Assembly (NCBI GenBank): GCA_963676795.2
Contig: CAXXTB010000002.1
Location: forward strand, 928,001 to 992,000
Reading direction: 5' to 3'
DNA: 64,000 nt
From: Geopsychrobacteraceae bacterium
GTDB taxonomy: Bacteria > Desulfobacterota > Desulfuromonadia > Desulfuromonadales > Geopsychrobacteraceae
This document shows positions 1-10,180 of this stretch, piece after piece (positions within the stretch are counted from its first letter, which is position 1; the number at the start of each line of letters is the position of its first letter). Position numbers and translations under genes: made by a program. Below the pieces are notes generated by a model, which saw only the letters and a program-made list of their open reading frames with translations, searched no databases and was not told the DNA's origin.

Positions 1-415
1 CAGAGCAGGAACCCCGGAGCTGGTCCAGACCAGATCTCTGCCTTATCTGCGTATGGCACTACGGATGTTCTTTGCCCTGATTGTGACCTCTGTCTTCTGG
101 CTGGTCCTGGTGCCCGGCTCCGCAGTGGTGACCACCAGCTTTGATGTGCCGATCGAGGTTCAGAATATTCCTGAAGGGTACACACTTGCCTCGGTCACAC
201 CGCCGACTGCGACTGTTGCCTTGACCGGAGAGCGCCGGGCACTGTTCAAGCTGCGCGATAGCGATCTGCTCATTTCACTGGATGGAACCCTGACCGCACT
301 GGGGCGCCAGACCTATTCCCTCAACAGTTCGCAGATGATGGTGCCTGCCGATCTGGAGGTGGACAAGATCAGCCCGGCATCGGTCAAGGTTCTGGTCGAC
401 AGGGGCAACAACTAG
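1..415 (+). CDS. 3' part of a YbbR/CdaR-domain membrane protein (possibly diadenylate-cyclase associated); truncated by the window start
   Basis: Frame is open from base 2; TM helix (FFALIVTSVFWLVLV) followed by YbbR-like DVPIEVQNIPEGY...VTPPTATVALTG...ISPASVKVLVD. Confidence 0.7.
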   Translation, partial: RAGTPELVQTRSLPYLRMALRMFFALIVTSVFWLVLVPGSAVVTTSFDVPIEVQNIPEGYTLASVTPPTATVALTGERRALFKLRDSDLLISLDGTLTALGRQTYSLNSSQMMVPADLEVDKISPASVKVLVDRGNN

Positions 416-555
416 GGGCGCTTGGCCAGACAAAAAAGCTTGCTGGCTAAAACAGCGGGGTTGCTGACGCAACAGGTTGGTGATCCCGTTTTTCGTTGCG
501 GCAGAGCAGGGGATTTGTCTGGTCGTTGTTCGCCAATCCGGCTATGCTGCCGCTC

Positions 556-1758
556 ATGGCAAATCTCACCAGCAATATCAAAAAGCTCTACGCATTCTCC
601 TTCCTGCAGATGAGCCTCTTCCCGATGGCGATCATCACGCTGTTCTGGAAGGATCAGATCGGCATGAGCCTGACCCGGATTCTGCTGCTGCAGGGGATCT
701 TCGCCGTGGCCATGGTGGTCATGGAGTACCCTTCCGGCTACGTCAGTGACCGGATCGGTTACCGCCGGGCGCTCAACTGTGCGGCCCTGCTCGGCATCGT
801 CGGCTGGGGGCTGTACACGGTGGCCGAGTCGTTCAGCGGGGTGCTGATCGCCGAAATCTTCCTCGGGATCTCCATGTCCTTTGTCAGCGGTTCGGACAGT
901 GCCCTGTTGTTCGAAAGCCTCAAGGCCGATGGCCGGGAGCTGGATTATACCCGTCACCAGGGGCGGGTCAGTGGTGCAGGACAGATTGGTGAGGCCTGTG
1001 GAGCTCTGTTTGCCGGTCTGCTCTATGCCATGTGTCCGCTCTTGCCGTTTTTGATTCAGGTGGTGGTCTGGATCCTGATCTTTTTCCTGACCCGCACCCT
1101 GAGCGAACCGCAGCGCCTGGAGCCTGCCCCCGTCAGCCATTTTGCCGAAGCCTGGCGCTCGACCCGTTATGCGCTGATCGAGAACAAGCGGCTGCGCTAC
1201 ACCATCCTGCTCAATCTGGTGCTGGGACTGGCATCCTTCTATCCGGTCTGGCTGATTCAGCCCTATATGCAGGACGCAGGCGTGCCGCTCAGCTGGTTCG
1301 GCCCGGTCTGGGCGGTGGCCAACTTAAGCGTCGCGCTGTTTGCTCTGGTCAGTCATCGCTTTTACTTCTGGCTGGGGGACAGGTGGATGGTGGTGCTGTT
1401 CGGCGCATTGATCATCGCCGGTTTTCTCGGCCTGGGACTGGCTGGCGGGCTGTGGGGCTTTGCCTTCTACTACCTGTTGACCAGCATGCGCGGCCTGCGT
1501 GGCCCGGTGCTGCTCAACCATGCCCAGCAGGAAATCCCTTCCGCCAACCGGGCTGGACTCCTTTCGCTGCAGTCGCTCTGTTTTCGCCTTGGTTTTGTCT
1601 GTACCGGTCCACTGATCGGGCGGCTGGCTGACCGGATCGGGGTCGGGCAGAGTTTTCTTTTTCTGGGTTTCGCCTATATCCCTGTCCTGCTGGTGTCGAT
1701 CTGGCTGTTTCTTGGTCAGTTGCCTGGGAGAAAGCAATCATCACCTCAGAGTCACTGA
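556..1758 (+). CDS. MFS transporter
   Basis: About 12 hydrophobic segments, motif A GYVSDRIGYRR; start could be 544 or 556. Confidence 0.9.
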   Translation: MANLTSNIKKLYAFSFLQMSLFPMAIITLFWKDQIGMSLTRILLLQGIFAVAMVVMEYPSGYVSDRIGYRRALNCAALLGIVGWGLYTVAESFSGVLIAEIFLGISMSFVSGSDSALLFESLKADGRELDYTRHQGRVSGAGQIGEACGALFAGLLYAMCPLLPFLIQVVVWILIFFLTRTLSEPQRLEPAPVSHFAEAWRSTRYALIENKRLRYTILLNLVLGLASFYPVWLIQPYMQDAGVPLSWFGPVWAVANLSVALFALVSHRFYFWLGDRWMVVLFGALIIAGFLGLGLAGGLWGFAFYYLLTSMRGLRGPVLLNHAQQEIPSANRAGLLSLQSLCFRLGFVCTGPLIGRLADRIGVGQSFLFLGFAYIPVLLVSIWLFLGQLPGRKQSSPQSH

Positions 1759-2000
1759 GAAATACCCAAAACCGATATCGCACGCGAAGCCGCGAAGAAC
1801 GCGAAGAAAATCCTGAACCAATTAGGCCACAGACAGAGACGGACAACGTCTGACACAAGCCTTTACCAGGCAGGAATGCAGGGGATAACCCTGCTCTTTT
1901 TCCGTGAGTCTGGGCGAGGAAATCTTTGCTTATTTTTCGTAATTTTCGTGCTTTTCGTGGACAAAGATCTATCGCCTTCGCGGCTTCGCGTGAGGCTGAT
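1742..2000. repeat. Family-A modular repeat cluster R0 (nested inverted 9-nt periodic modules)
   Basis: cacgcgaagccgcgaag near 1781 is complementary to cttcgcggcttcgcgtg near 1976-1992; contains ggccacagacagag and ttttcgtgcttttcgtgga modules that recur at 11.5-28.4 kb. Confidence 0.8.
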
Positions 2001-2233
2001 TTTGATCCAAGGTGCTGATCTGCTTCCGTCGCTGAGAGCGGTAAGAAAGTCTGTAGCGAACGCCTGAATTGAGCAACTGTAGTTATTTGCAGTAAAACTC
2101 ATTAAAAACTTGCAAATACATAAAAATAAATGTTAAAAGGTCGCTTACTACTTCTTCTGTTTATGAAATTCTCTCCCGTGCAATACTGGACACATTGCCG
2201 GGAGATATTTGTTTGCGGAGAGAAATTTAAACA

Positions 2234-2264
2234 GGCCCAGTCATGACAGACTGGGTCTTTTTTT
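2234..2264 (+). terminator. Intrinsic terminator-like hairpin upstream of the DUF1499 gene
   Basis: ggcccagtc-atgaca-gactgggtc followed by a T-run. Confidence 0.7.
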
Positions 2265-2411
2265 ATTTCCACTGGTCCGAACCAGTCTGGACTCTCAGGC
2301 TGTTGGTATAATTGGTGTAATTGGAAACCTGCAGGCACACATGGCACGGGCTTTGTCGTGATACACTGTGAAGACAGAAGGTTCTGCTGAAACAAAATTA
2401 CGGAGGTGTTG

Positions 2412-2858
2412 ATGAGGAAAAATATTCTTTCCGGTGTGACCCTTATGCTCCTCGCCGGCATGGTGTCGACAACCTGGTCAGGGGAAACTGGCGCTCTGGG
2501 GGTTGTCGATGGCAGATTGGCCGCGTGCCCCACGTCCCCCAACTGTGTCAGCAGCCAGGCCGATCCTCAGGATCTCAGGCATTACATTGCGCCCTTGGCC
2601 TATCAGGGCGATCGAGAGAGCGCTCGGGAGAAGCTCGTCACGCTGCTTGAAGGGCAAAAGCGGGTCTCTTTGGTCGTCCGGAACGATGACTATCTGCGTG
2701 CCGAGTTCAGATCTCTGCTGTTCCGGTTTGTCGATGATGTTGAATTCTATCTGGCCGATGAGGGGCGTATCGATGTGCGCTCTGCTTCCCGGCTTGGCTA
2801 CAGCGACCTCGGTGTCAATCGCAAGCGGATTGAAAAGCTCAGATCAGAGTTTGAGTGA
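2412..2858 (+). CDS. DUF1499 family exported protein
   Basis: Signal peptide, CPTSPNCVSS, FRFVDDVEF, RSASRLGYSDLGVNRKR; RBS ggagg upstream. Confidence 0.9.
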   Translation: MRKNILSGVTLMLLAGMVSTTWSGETGALGVVDGRLAACPTSPNCVSSQADPQDLRHYIAPLAYQGDRESAREKLVTLLEGQKRVSLVVRNDDYLRAEFRSLLFRFVDDVEFYLADEGRIDVRSASRLGYSDLGVNRKRIEKLRSEFE

Positions 2859-3049
2859 CGAGGACGCTGCGCCGGAAAGACATTCGCTCTGATTATATGG
2901 CGTAGTGCTGAAGGTCAGGAGCGATCCCCGCTGTCCAGCCAGGGTTTGTTTCTCGATCCCCCTGATTGCCCCTTTCCGTTTCGGCAAGCGCCTGTCGGCT
3001 TAATACTCCTCTTCGTCAGGTTCTGCCGTTGCTCTCGCCTTTCAGCGGC

Positions 3050-4432
3050 TCAAGCGTCATGCGTCGCGTGCTGGCGATACATCCTGAGGATGATGTTGCG
3101 CGACAGGAACATGGCGACCGTTGCGGCGACAAGTTCGGTCACCAGACGGGCAGCGAAGACACCGTCCAGTCCCCACAGGTAGGAGCCCAGATAGGAGAGC
3201 GGGACGAGCAGCACGAAGGTCCGCAGCAGGCTGAGCAGGGCTGAAAGGCCTGGTTTCTGAACCCCGGTCAGGCAGAAGGTGCTATAGCGGAAGGCTTCTG
3301 TCACCCCGTATCCGAAACAGATGATGCGGATCGCCCGGATCATAACATCGATGACCTGAGGATCGCTGGAGAACAGTCTGGCCATGTACGGAGCCAGCAG
3401 AAAGAAGGCGACGGTGGTCGCCAGTCCATAGATCAGGGCGAAATGACGCGTGACCCTCTGTGCCTCGAGGATGCGCGGGTAGGCCTTGGCTCCGTAGTTC
3501 TGAGCGACGAAGGGGACCAGGGAGACACCGATCGACATCGGGATCATGAAGGCGAAGGTTTCCAGCCGCGCGGTGGCGCCGATAGCGGCGACGGCGGCAG
3601 CCCCGTAACCGGCGATGATGCGCGTGACCACCGCCATCGACAGCGGGTTGAGCAGGTTGCCGAGGATGGTCGGCACACTGATGCGCAGGATACTCTTCCA
3701 GGATCTCAGCAGGCGCTTGCGCTGCGGGATCTTCCAGCGGATCAGGTTGTGCCTGAAGGTCAGGATATAGAGCGGAAAGAGCAGGGAGAAGATCTGGGCG
3801 ATAACGGTGGCAAGCGCCGCACCGCTGATCCCCATGGCCGGAACCGGTCCGAGTCCGAAGATCATCAGCGGGTCGAGAACGAGGTTCAGCAGGGTACCGG
3901 TCATCATCGAGACACTCGCCGCCCGGGTATCGCCGGTGCCGGTCAGGATCTGGGTCATGATCGCCGGAACGGCCATGACGATAGCGCCGGCGAACCAGAT
4001 GCGCATATAGCTGATAACCTCGTCAAGAACCTGCCCCTCGGCCCCCAGGGCGGCAAACAGTGGACTGACACTCAGCTGACCGACGATCATGATCAGCAGA
4101 GAAAAGAGCAGGGCGAGCAGCAGCGCATGGGTGGTCAGACGTTTGGCGTTATCGCGGTCGTTACTGCCGATGGCGTGGGCAATGATCGCCAGGGCGCCGG
4201 TGCCCAGGCCCATGGTGATAAAGCGCAGGATCATGACCACCGGAAAGGTGAACGACATGGCTGCCAGTTCGGTGGTTCCCAGGCGTGAGACGAACCAGGT
4301 GTCGGTCAGGTTGTAGGCGTTCATGGCAAAGGTGCCGGCCAGCATCGGTATGGCCATGCGCAGCAGGGTGCTGGTCACCTTCCCTTCGGTCAGGTTATGG
4401 CGGCGGTTCGGTTTGAAGTTACTGCTTTTCAT
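3050..4432 (-). CDS. MATE family efflux transporter
   Basis: LTEGKVTSTLLRMAIP, YNLTDTWFVSRLG, NLVLDPLMIFG, GISGAALATVIAQ, AQNYGA. Confidence 0.93.
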   Translation of the reverse strand: MKSSNFKPNRRHNLTEGKVTSTLLRMAIPMLAGTFAMNAYNLTDTWFVSRLGTTELAAMSFTFPVVMILRFITMGLGTGALAIIAHAIGSNDRDNAKRLTTHALLLALLFSLLIMIVGQLSVSPLFAALGAEGQVLDEVISYMRIWFAGAIVMAVPAIMTQILTGTGDTRAASVSMMTGTLLNLVLDPLMIFGLGPVPAMGISGAALATVIAQIFSLLFPLYILTFRHNLIRWKIPQRKRLLRSWKSILRISVPTILGNLLNPLSMAVVTRIIAGYGAAAVAAIGATARLETFAFMIPMSIGVSLVPFVAQNYGAKAYPRILEAQRVTRHFALIYGLATTVAFFLLAPYMARLFSSDPQVIDVMIRAIRIICFGYGVTEAFRYSTFCLTGVQKPGLSALLSLLRTFVLLVPLSYLGSYLWGLDGVFAARLVTELVAATVAMFLSRNIILRMYRQHATHDA

Positions 4433-6278
4433 GGTTGTTCTCTGTTTCGTTCTGGTGCCTGAACTGGCTGGTGTAAAGCCGCTGATAGGCGCCCTTTGCG
4501 GCCAGTAAAGTTGAATGAGTTCCCTGCTCGATGACGCGCCCCTGATCGATGACAATCAGCTGATCGGCAGCGACAATGGTTGACAGCCGGTGGGCGATGA
4601 CAAAGCTGGTGCGCCCCTGCATCAGCTGGCCGAGGGCCTTCTGGATCTGCATCTCGGTGCGGGTATCGACGGAGCTGGTCGCTTCGTCGAGGATCAGGAT
4701 CGCCGGGTCGGCGAGGATCGCCCGGGCGATGGTGACCAGCTGGCGTTGCCCCTCGGAGAGGTTGCCGCCGCGCTCCGAGAGCAGGGTGGCGTAGCCCTGG
4801 GGCAGGCGGCGGATGAAGCCGTCGGCGTGGGCCAGGCGGGCCGCTTCGAACACATCTTCGTCGCTGGCGGCGAGGCGACCGTAACGGATGTTTTCCAGTA
4901 CCGATTCGCTGAACAGGAACGACTGCTGCAGCACCACACCGAGCTGGCGGCGCAGGCTGTCACGCGAGACCTCGCGGATATCGGTGCCGTCGATCAGGAT
5001 GCGCCCCTCATTCACCTCATAGAAGCGCGACAGCAGGTTGACCAGGGTCGTCTTGCCGGCCCCGGTATGGCCGACCAGGGCGATCCGCTGGCCTGGCTGT
5101 GCATGCAGGGAAACCTCCTGGAGAACTGGGGTGCCGGGAACATAGGCAAAGCTGACCCGGTCGAGCACGACATCCCCCTTGACCCGGGGCAGATCCGGCT
5201 GCGGCTGAGCGCTGCTCTGTTCCGCTTCGCTGTCGAGCAGATTGAAGATCCGTTCGGCGCCGGCCAGGGCGGCCTGGACCTGGTTATAGAGCCCGCCCAG
5301 TTGGCGCAGCGGATCGGCAAAACGCCGTGAATAGGAGATGAAGGAGGCGATGGTGCCGATCGAGACCATACCACGGATCGCCAGCCAGCCGCCGATGCCG
5401 CAGAGGATCGCCACGTTGAGGTTGGCCAGGATGCCCATCAGCGGCATGACGATCAGCGCCAGCGACATGGCCCTGATGCCGACGTTGCGCACGTTTTCGT
5501 TGGCTTCGTCGAAGCGGGAGAGGATGGTTTTCTCCTGGCCAAAGGCGAGGATGACGCGTTGGCCGCTGTAGGCCTCCTCAAGGACGCCGTTCAGGGTGCC
5601 GAGGTTGCTCTGGTAGCTGCGGAAGGCGTTGCGGGTGCCGCGTCCGACCAGCGCGACCAGGGCGATCATCAGCGGAAAGACGAGCATCGAGCTGAGGGCC
5701 AGCCAGGGGTTGAGAAAGAAGATCACCGCCAGAACCCCGATCAGGGTCAGGACCCCGGTAAACAGCTGGGTGATGTTCTGGGTCAGGACGCGGTTGATGG
5801 CGTCGATATCGTTGGTCAGCCGGCTCATCAACTCCCCCTGTCGACGTTCGTCGAGAAAGCTCAGCGACAGGGTCTGAATATGGCTGAACAGCTCGCCGCG
5901 CATGCGGCGCATGGTCCGCTGGGCGATGTCGGCGATCAGCACCCCCTGCCCCAGTTCGGCAAGGGCGGAAAGGGCATAGGCGCCGAGCATCAACAGAACC
6001 ATCTTCAGCAACAGCGCAGGTTGGCGTTCGACCAGCTGGTCGATGGCACGACCCATCAGGTAGGGGGTGGCAATGGTCATGGCGGTGCCGAGGGTGGCGA
6101 TCAGCAGGACCAGGGTCAGGGTGACGTAGTACGGCTGCAGGTAGGCCAGCAGGCGGCGCAGGGCTTTGCCCGCCTCTTTGGGCCGCTCGGTACTGTGGCG
6201 ACCCCCATGGCGGCCACCGGAGCGCGGCATGCCGCTCATTATCGCTGTCGGCTGCTGGCGACGGGTGGTTTCACTCAT
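4419..6278 (-). CDS. Heterodimeric ABC exporter subunit (consensus NBD, TM288/LmrD-like)
   Basis: TMD plus Walker A GHTGAGKT, LSEGQRQ, ILDEATSS, IAHRL. Confidence 0.93.
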   Translation of the reverse strand: MSETTRRQQPTAIMSGMPRSGGRHGGRHSTERPKEAGKALRRLLAYLQPYYVTLTLVLLIATLGTAMTIATPYLMGRAIDQLVERQPALLLKMVLLMLGAYALSALAELGQGVLIADIAQRTMRRMRGELFSHIQTLSLSFLDERRQGELMSRLTNDIDAINRVLTQNITQLFTGVLTLIGVLAVIFFLNPWLALSSMLVFPLMIALVALVGRGTRNAFRSYQSNLGTLNGVLEEAYSGQRVILAFGQEKTILSRFDEANENVRNVGIRAMSLALIVMPLMGILANLNVAILCGIGGWLAIRGMVSIGTIASFISYSRRFADPLRQLGGLYNQVQAALAGAERIFNLLDSEAEQSSAQPQPDLPRVKGDVVLDRVSFAYVPGTPVLQEVSLHAQPGQRIALVGHTGAGKTTLVNLLSRFYEVNEGRILIDGTDIREVSRDSLRRQLGVVLQQSFLFSESVLENIRYGRLAASDEDVFEAARLAHADGFIRRLPQGYATLLSERGGNLSEGQRQLVTIARAILADPAILILDEATSSVDTRTEMQIQKALGQLMQGRTSFVIAHRLSTIVAADQLIVIDQGRVIEQGTHSTLLAAKGAYQRLYTSQFRHQNETENNHEKQ

Positions 6279-8040
6279 GAGGGCCTCCTGCCGGTGCTGG
6301 AGGTTCGCCGAGCTGCGACCGGTAGATATCCCGGTAGACGGCGCTGCTGGCCAGCAGCTCATGGTGGGTGCCGATGGCACTGATCCGCCCCTGGTCAAGG
6401 ATGATGATCCGGTCTGCGAGCAGGACCGTGCTGATCCGCTGAGCGACAATGATACGGGTCGTATGGTTGGCGGTTGCCACCAGCAGCCGGTCAAGGGCCT
6501 CCTGCAGGCGGATCTCGGTTTCGATGTCGAGGGCACTGGTCGAGTCATCGAGAATCAGAACCCTGGGTTTGATCAGCAGGGCCCGGGCAATCGCGACGCG
6601 CTGGCGCTGGCCGCCGGACAGGGTGATGCCGCGCTGCCCGACCTGGGTCGCATAACCGTCGGGCAGGCCCATGATAAAGTCATCGGCCTGGGCGGCTTTA
6701 GCTGCGTCCCGTACCTCTGCATCGCTGGCCTGCGGGCGGCCGTAGCGGATATTGTCGGCCACGCTGCCACTGAACAGCACCGATTCCTGCAGGGCCACGC
6801 CGATCTGGCTGCGCAGAGAAGCGAGATCGAGCTTTCTGATATCGATGCCGTCGAAACTGATGCTGCCGCCTGAGACATCGTAAAAGCGCGGAATCAGGTG
6901 GATCAGGGTCGATTTTCCTGAGCCGGTGGCGCCGATGATCGCCAGGGTTTCTCCCGCTTCAGCGACGAAGGAGATCTCCTGCAGGGCGGCTTCCGCCTGT
7001 TCGCCGGGGTAGGAGAAGCTGACCTTGTCGAAGACGATCCGTCCCTGCGGCTGGACAAGGGGGAGGGCATCAGCAGCCGGACCTACCTGTTGTTCGCTGT
7101 CGAGGATTTCGAGGATCCGGCCGGCCGAGGCGTCGGCAGCGGCAATCGGCCCGAGCATGCCGAGCAGCATCAGCAGCGGAAAGAGGGCAAAAGACAGGTA
7201 GTTGACCGAAGCGACAACCTCACCGACGGTCATGGTTCCGCTTATTGTGGCTGAACCGCCAATCCAGACCGCTGCGACGATGGCCAGGTTGAGCACCAGC
7301 AGCATGACCGGCGAGAAGACGGCCATCAGTCTGGCGACGACCAGCGTCTGCTCCATCAGCGCCTGGTTGGCTGATTCAAAACGTTCCTCCTCGTGAGCGG
7401 TGCGGACAAAGGCCTTGACGACGCGCATCCCGGCCAGGTTTTCCTGGAGGACCACGTTGAGCCGGTCGAGGCGCTGCTGGACCTGACGGAACAGCGGCTG
7501 GGCCTTGCGACTGAACAGCCAGGCCGCGATGATGGTGAAGGGGATAAAGAACAGCATCATCAGGGCCAGCCGCGGACTGGTGATGATCAGCAGGACCACG
7601 GCCCCGACCGCCCAGATCGGTGCGCGGGTGAGAATGCGCAACGAAAGCATGACGATGGTCTGAACGCTGGTGACATCGCTGGTCGAACGGACGATCAGGT
7701 TACCGGTCTGCAGCTGGTCGAGTTCGGCAAAGGAGAAGCCCTGAACCTTGCGGATCAGGGCGCTGCGCAGATCGGCGCCGAAATTCATCGAGACGCTTAC
7801 CGACAGGTAGTTGTTGGTCAGGGCGAAACAGGCTGAGAGCAGGGCCGCGCTGGCCATCAGCAGGGCCGTGGTGATGACGACCCTGAGATCGCCCTTGGCA
7901 ATCCCATCGTCGATGATCCGCTGGGTCAGGTGAGGAATCAGCAGATCGGCGACAACCATGGCCAGCAGCAGGAGCAGGGCGGCGATCGCGGTCAGGCGAT
8001 AAGGGCGCAGAAAAGCGGAGAGGCGCAGCAGGGATCTCAT
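6271..8040 (-). CDS. Heterodimeric ABC exporter subunit (degenerate NBD, TM287/LmrC-like)
   Basis: GATGSGKS, LSGGQRQR, degenerate ILDDSTS and VAQRI. Confidence 0.93.
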   Translation of the reverse strand: MRSLLRLSAFLRPYRLTAIAALLLLLAMVVADLLIPHLTQRIIDDGIAKGDLRVVITTALLMASAALLSACFALTNNYLSVSVSMNFGADLRSALIRKVQGFSFAELDQLQTGNLIVRSTSDVTSVQTIVMLSLRILTRAPIWAVGAVVLLIITSPRLALMMLFFIPFTIIAAWLFSRKAQPLFRQVQQRLDRLNVVLQENLAGMRVVKAFVRTAHEEERFESANQALMEQTLVVARLMAVFSPVMLLVLNLAIVAAVWIGGSATISGTMTVGEVVASVNYLSFALFPLLMLLGMLGPIAAADASAGRILEILDSEQQVGPAADALPLVQPQGRIVFDKVSFSYPGEQAEAALQEISFVAEAGETLAIIGATGSGKSTLIHLIPRFYDVSGGSISFDGIDIRKLDLASLRSQIGVALQESVLFSGSVADNIRYGRPQASDAEVRDAAKAAQADDFIMGLPDGYATQVGQRGITLSGGQRQRVAIARALLIKPRVLILDDSTSALDIETEIRLQEALDRLLVATANHTTRIIVAQRISTVLLADRIIILDQGRISAIGTHHELLASSAVYRDIYRSQLGEPPAPAGGPHE

Positions 8041-8534
8041 CTGGTCTCCCCGGTCTGCTCGTTGCTCAGGCTATCGCCGTCACACCCCCTGTCTTCCGCC
8101 GCCAGGTAGAGGTAGACCTTGAACAATGAAGATTTGAGGGTCTTCTGTTCTTCCGCGGACAGCGCGGAGGCCATCTCCTGATCCAGCTCGACAAAGGAGG
8201 TGAGGATTTCGTTCTGCAACTGCCGGGCTTTGAGCGTCAGGTAGACCCGGACGACACGCTGATCCGCTGCGTCCCGGCGCCGTTCGATCCAGCCATCCCG
8301 TTCCATCCGTTTCAGGGTATTGGTCGCCGTTGCAGGAGTGATCTTGAGTGATTCCGCAAGGATATTCTGGGCCATGCCGTCGTTTTGCCAGAGCCTGGCG
8401 AGCAGGAGTCCCTGGGCGTGGTGGAGACCGATGCTTTTCAGTTTTTCCCTGCGCCGATGCCCGACCAGCCGGCAGACATTGGCCAGCAGCTGGCCGACCC
8501 CTGTCTGTTCATTGATGTCGAAGAGTGAAGTCAT
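8037..8534 (-). CDS. MarR family transcriptional regulator
   Basis: wHTH with LKRMERDGWIERRRDAADQRVVRVYLT; first gene of the efflux operon. Confidence 0.92.
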   Translation of the reverse strand: MTSLFDINEQTGVGQLLANVCRLVGHRRREKLKSIGLHHAQGLLLARLWQNDGMAQNILAESLKITPATATNTLKRMERDGWIERRRDAADQRVVRVYLTLKARQLQNEILTSFVELDQEMASALSAEEQKTLKSSLFKVYLYLAAEDRGCDGDSLSNEQTGETR

Positions 8535-8544
8535 AGGTTCCTTT

Positions 8545-8601
8545 ATTAGCTAGCTGAAGATTAGCTAGCTAATAATACGACTGCGCCGCCGGTTGAGTCA
8601 A
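8545..8601 (-). promoter_or_regulatory. marR promoter with tandem palindromic operators
   Basis: ATTAGCTAGCTAAT (8560-8573) and a near copy at 8545-8558; minus-strand TTGACT (8601-8596), 18 nt spacer, TATTAT (8577-8572). Confidence 0.7.
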
Positions 8602-8812
8602 GGGGGACGAATGACCGCTTATTGGTGAAAAGACTGTCCCCCACCTGTCTCCAGCAAAACCGGAATCCTGGCGGAAAGAACGACGATGAATGCCGGGACA
8701 GCGTTTTTTGTGAATAAAAATGGCCCGTCGTTTTTGACAAACCAGCCAAGATCTTAAATAATTACAAGGTCACGTAATCTTTGCCTGCATAGAGAGGTTA
8801 TTTCTTCGCGCT

Positions 8813-10042
8813 ATGCCATCTTCTGATAATCCATCCCGGCACCTGATGCTGAGTCAGCCGATCTATGATCGTCACAAAGCTGCTTACGGTTTTGAGCTGG
8901 TTCCGGTCGACAGCAGGTTTCAGCCGGCGTCAGAGTCTGAAAGCGAGATCTCCCTCAACGATGAAATGATCATGGACCTTGCCGCCGGGATCACCGGTCA
9001 GCTGGCCATCTATTCCAAACCCCTGTTCATCAGTCTTCCCGACTCGCTCTTGCGCGACGACAGCTTTCTGGCATCCCTGTCCAGGCAGATCGTCATTCAG
9101 GTTTCGCCCACCATCGACAAGCAGGATCTGCTGGCCGGGTCGATCGAAAAATGGAAAGATTACGGCTATCAGTTTCTGCTCGATGGCTTTGACTTCAGTC
9201 CGCAGCACAAGGAGCTCCTCCATCTGTTCAGTTACGCCAAGATCGATGCCATCAGCTATTCGGCGGAGGATTTTTCCCTGGGTGTCAAATATCTTCCGCA
9301 GTCAAACTGCCGGTGGATTATCAAAAATCTGGTCACCGAAGAACTCTATTCCGCGTTTTGCGATCATCAGGCTACGCTTTTTCAGGGTTATTACCTCGCC
9401 AGGCCGGTCCCGGTTGAGGGGGTGGCGCTCAGGAATAAGGTCAACGGCTCGGTCAGTCTCGGGCGCATGATCAGCGAGCCTGATGATGAAATTGAGGGGC
9501 TGGTCGGAACTGTCTCAAGCGATCCAAATCTGGTCATTCAATTGCTGAAAATCATTAACAGCCCCTTGTGTGCTCTGCGCCGCCCTATCGAGTCGATCAG
9601 AGATGCTGTCCTCTACCTGGGAATGGGGCAGGTGCGCAAGTGGATCCTGATCATGGCACTGCTGAATACCCGTTCGGTCTCCAGGGGAACCATCCGGCTG
9701 ATATTGACGCGGGCCAAGGCCTGTGAGCTCTATGCCTCAACGGATTTGCAGGCCGCTCCCGAACAGGCCTTTCTGACCGGAATCCTGTCCGGAGTCGAGC
9801 TGCTCTACGGTCTTCAGCCTGAGGCTTTTTTTGAACAGGTCAGTCTTGATCCGGCGATTTGTGACGCTGTACTGAGCGCGCAAGGGAGCCTGGGGCAGAT
9901 CCTGGCGGATTGTCTGAAGATTGAAAGCCTGTTGATGCAAAACCAGGTTGCCGCGGCCCAAAACTGTCCCGAATCACTCGTCAAGGCCTATGCCGAAGCA
10001 GGCGAATGGGCCGAAAATGTTCTGAGCCTGCTGGCCGATTGA
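8813..10042 (+). CDS. EAL-like + HDOD domain signalling protein (YuxH-like)
   Basis: QPIYD...GFEL, LFQGYYLARP, DPNLVIQLLKIINSP...SIRDAVLYLG. Confidence 0.85.
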   Translation: MPSSDNPSRHLMLSQPIYDRHKAAYGFELVPVDSRFQPASESESEISLNDEMIMDLAAGITGQLAIYSKPLFISLPDSLLRDDSFLASLSRQIVIQVSPTIDKQDLLAGSIEKWKDYGYQFLLDGFDFSPQHKELLHLFSYAKIDAISYSAEDFSLGVKYLPQSNCRWIIKNLVTEELYSAFCDHQATLFQGYYLARPVPVEGVALRNKVNGSVSLGRMISEPDDEIEGLVGTVSSDPNLVIQLLKIINSPLCALRRPIESIRDAVLYLGMGQVRKWILIMALLNTRSVSRGTIRLILTRAKACELYASTDLQAAPEQAFLTGILSGVELLYGLQPEAFFEQVSLDPAICDAVLSAQGSLGQILADCLKIESLLMQNQVAAAQNCPESLVKAYAEAGEWAENVLSLLAD

Positions 10043-10180
10043 ACCTTTAACAGATTGTTGATAGCTCTTATCTGCAGGTGACAACCCTTTCCTCCCGCCG
10101 GATGTTCTCGTTAGCCTGGTTGCTCAGGATCCGGGGGCGTCCTCTTGCTATTTATCCGGCTCCGCAGCTAAACTGAAGCC

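Noticed and set aside
2940..3050. Hammerhead-like CUGACGA...GAAA on the minus strand
   Set aside because: Stem II cannot form between the CUGANGA and GAAA segments.
3443..7836. Long plus-strand ORFs antisense to the MATE/ABC genes (similar shadows over the lut/lar/TRAP and catabolic genes)
   Set aside because: Typical shadow ORFs of GC-rich coding DNA with no recognisable motifs.
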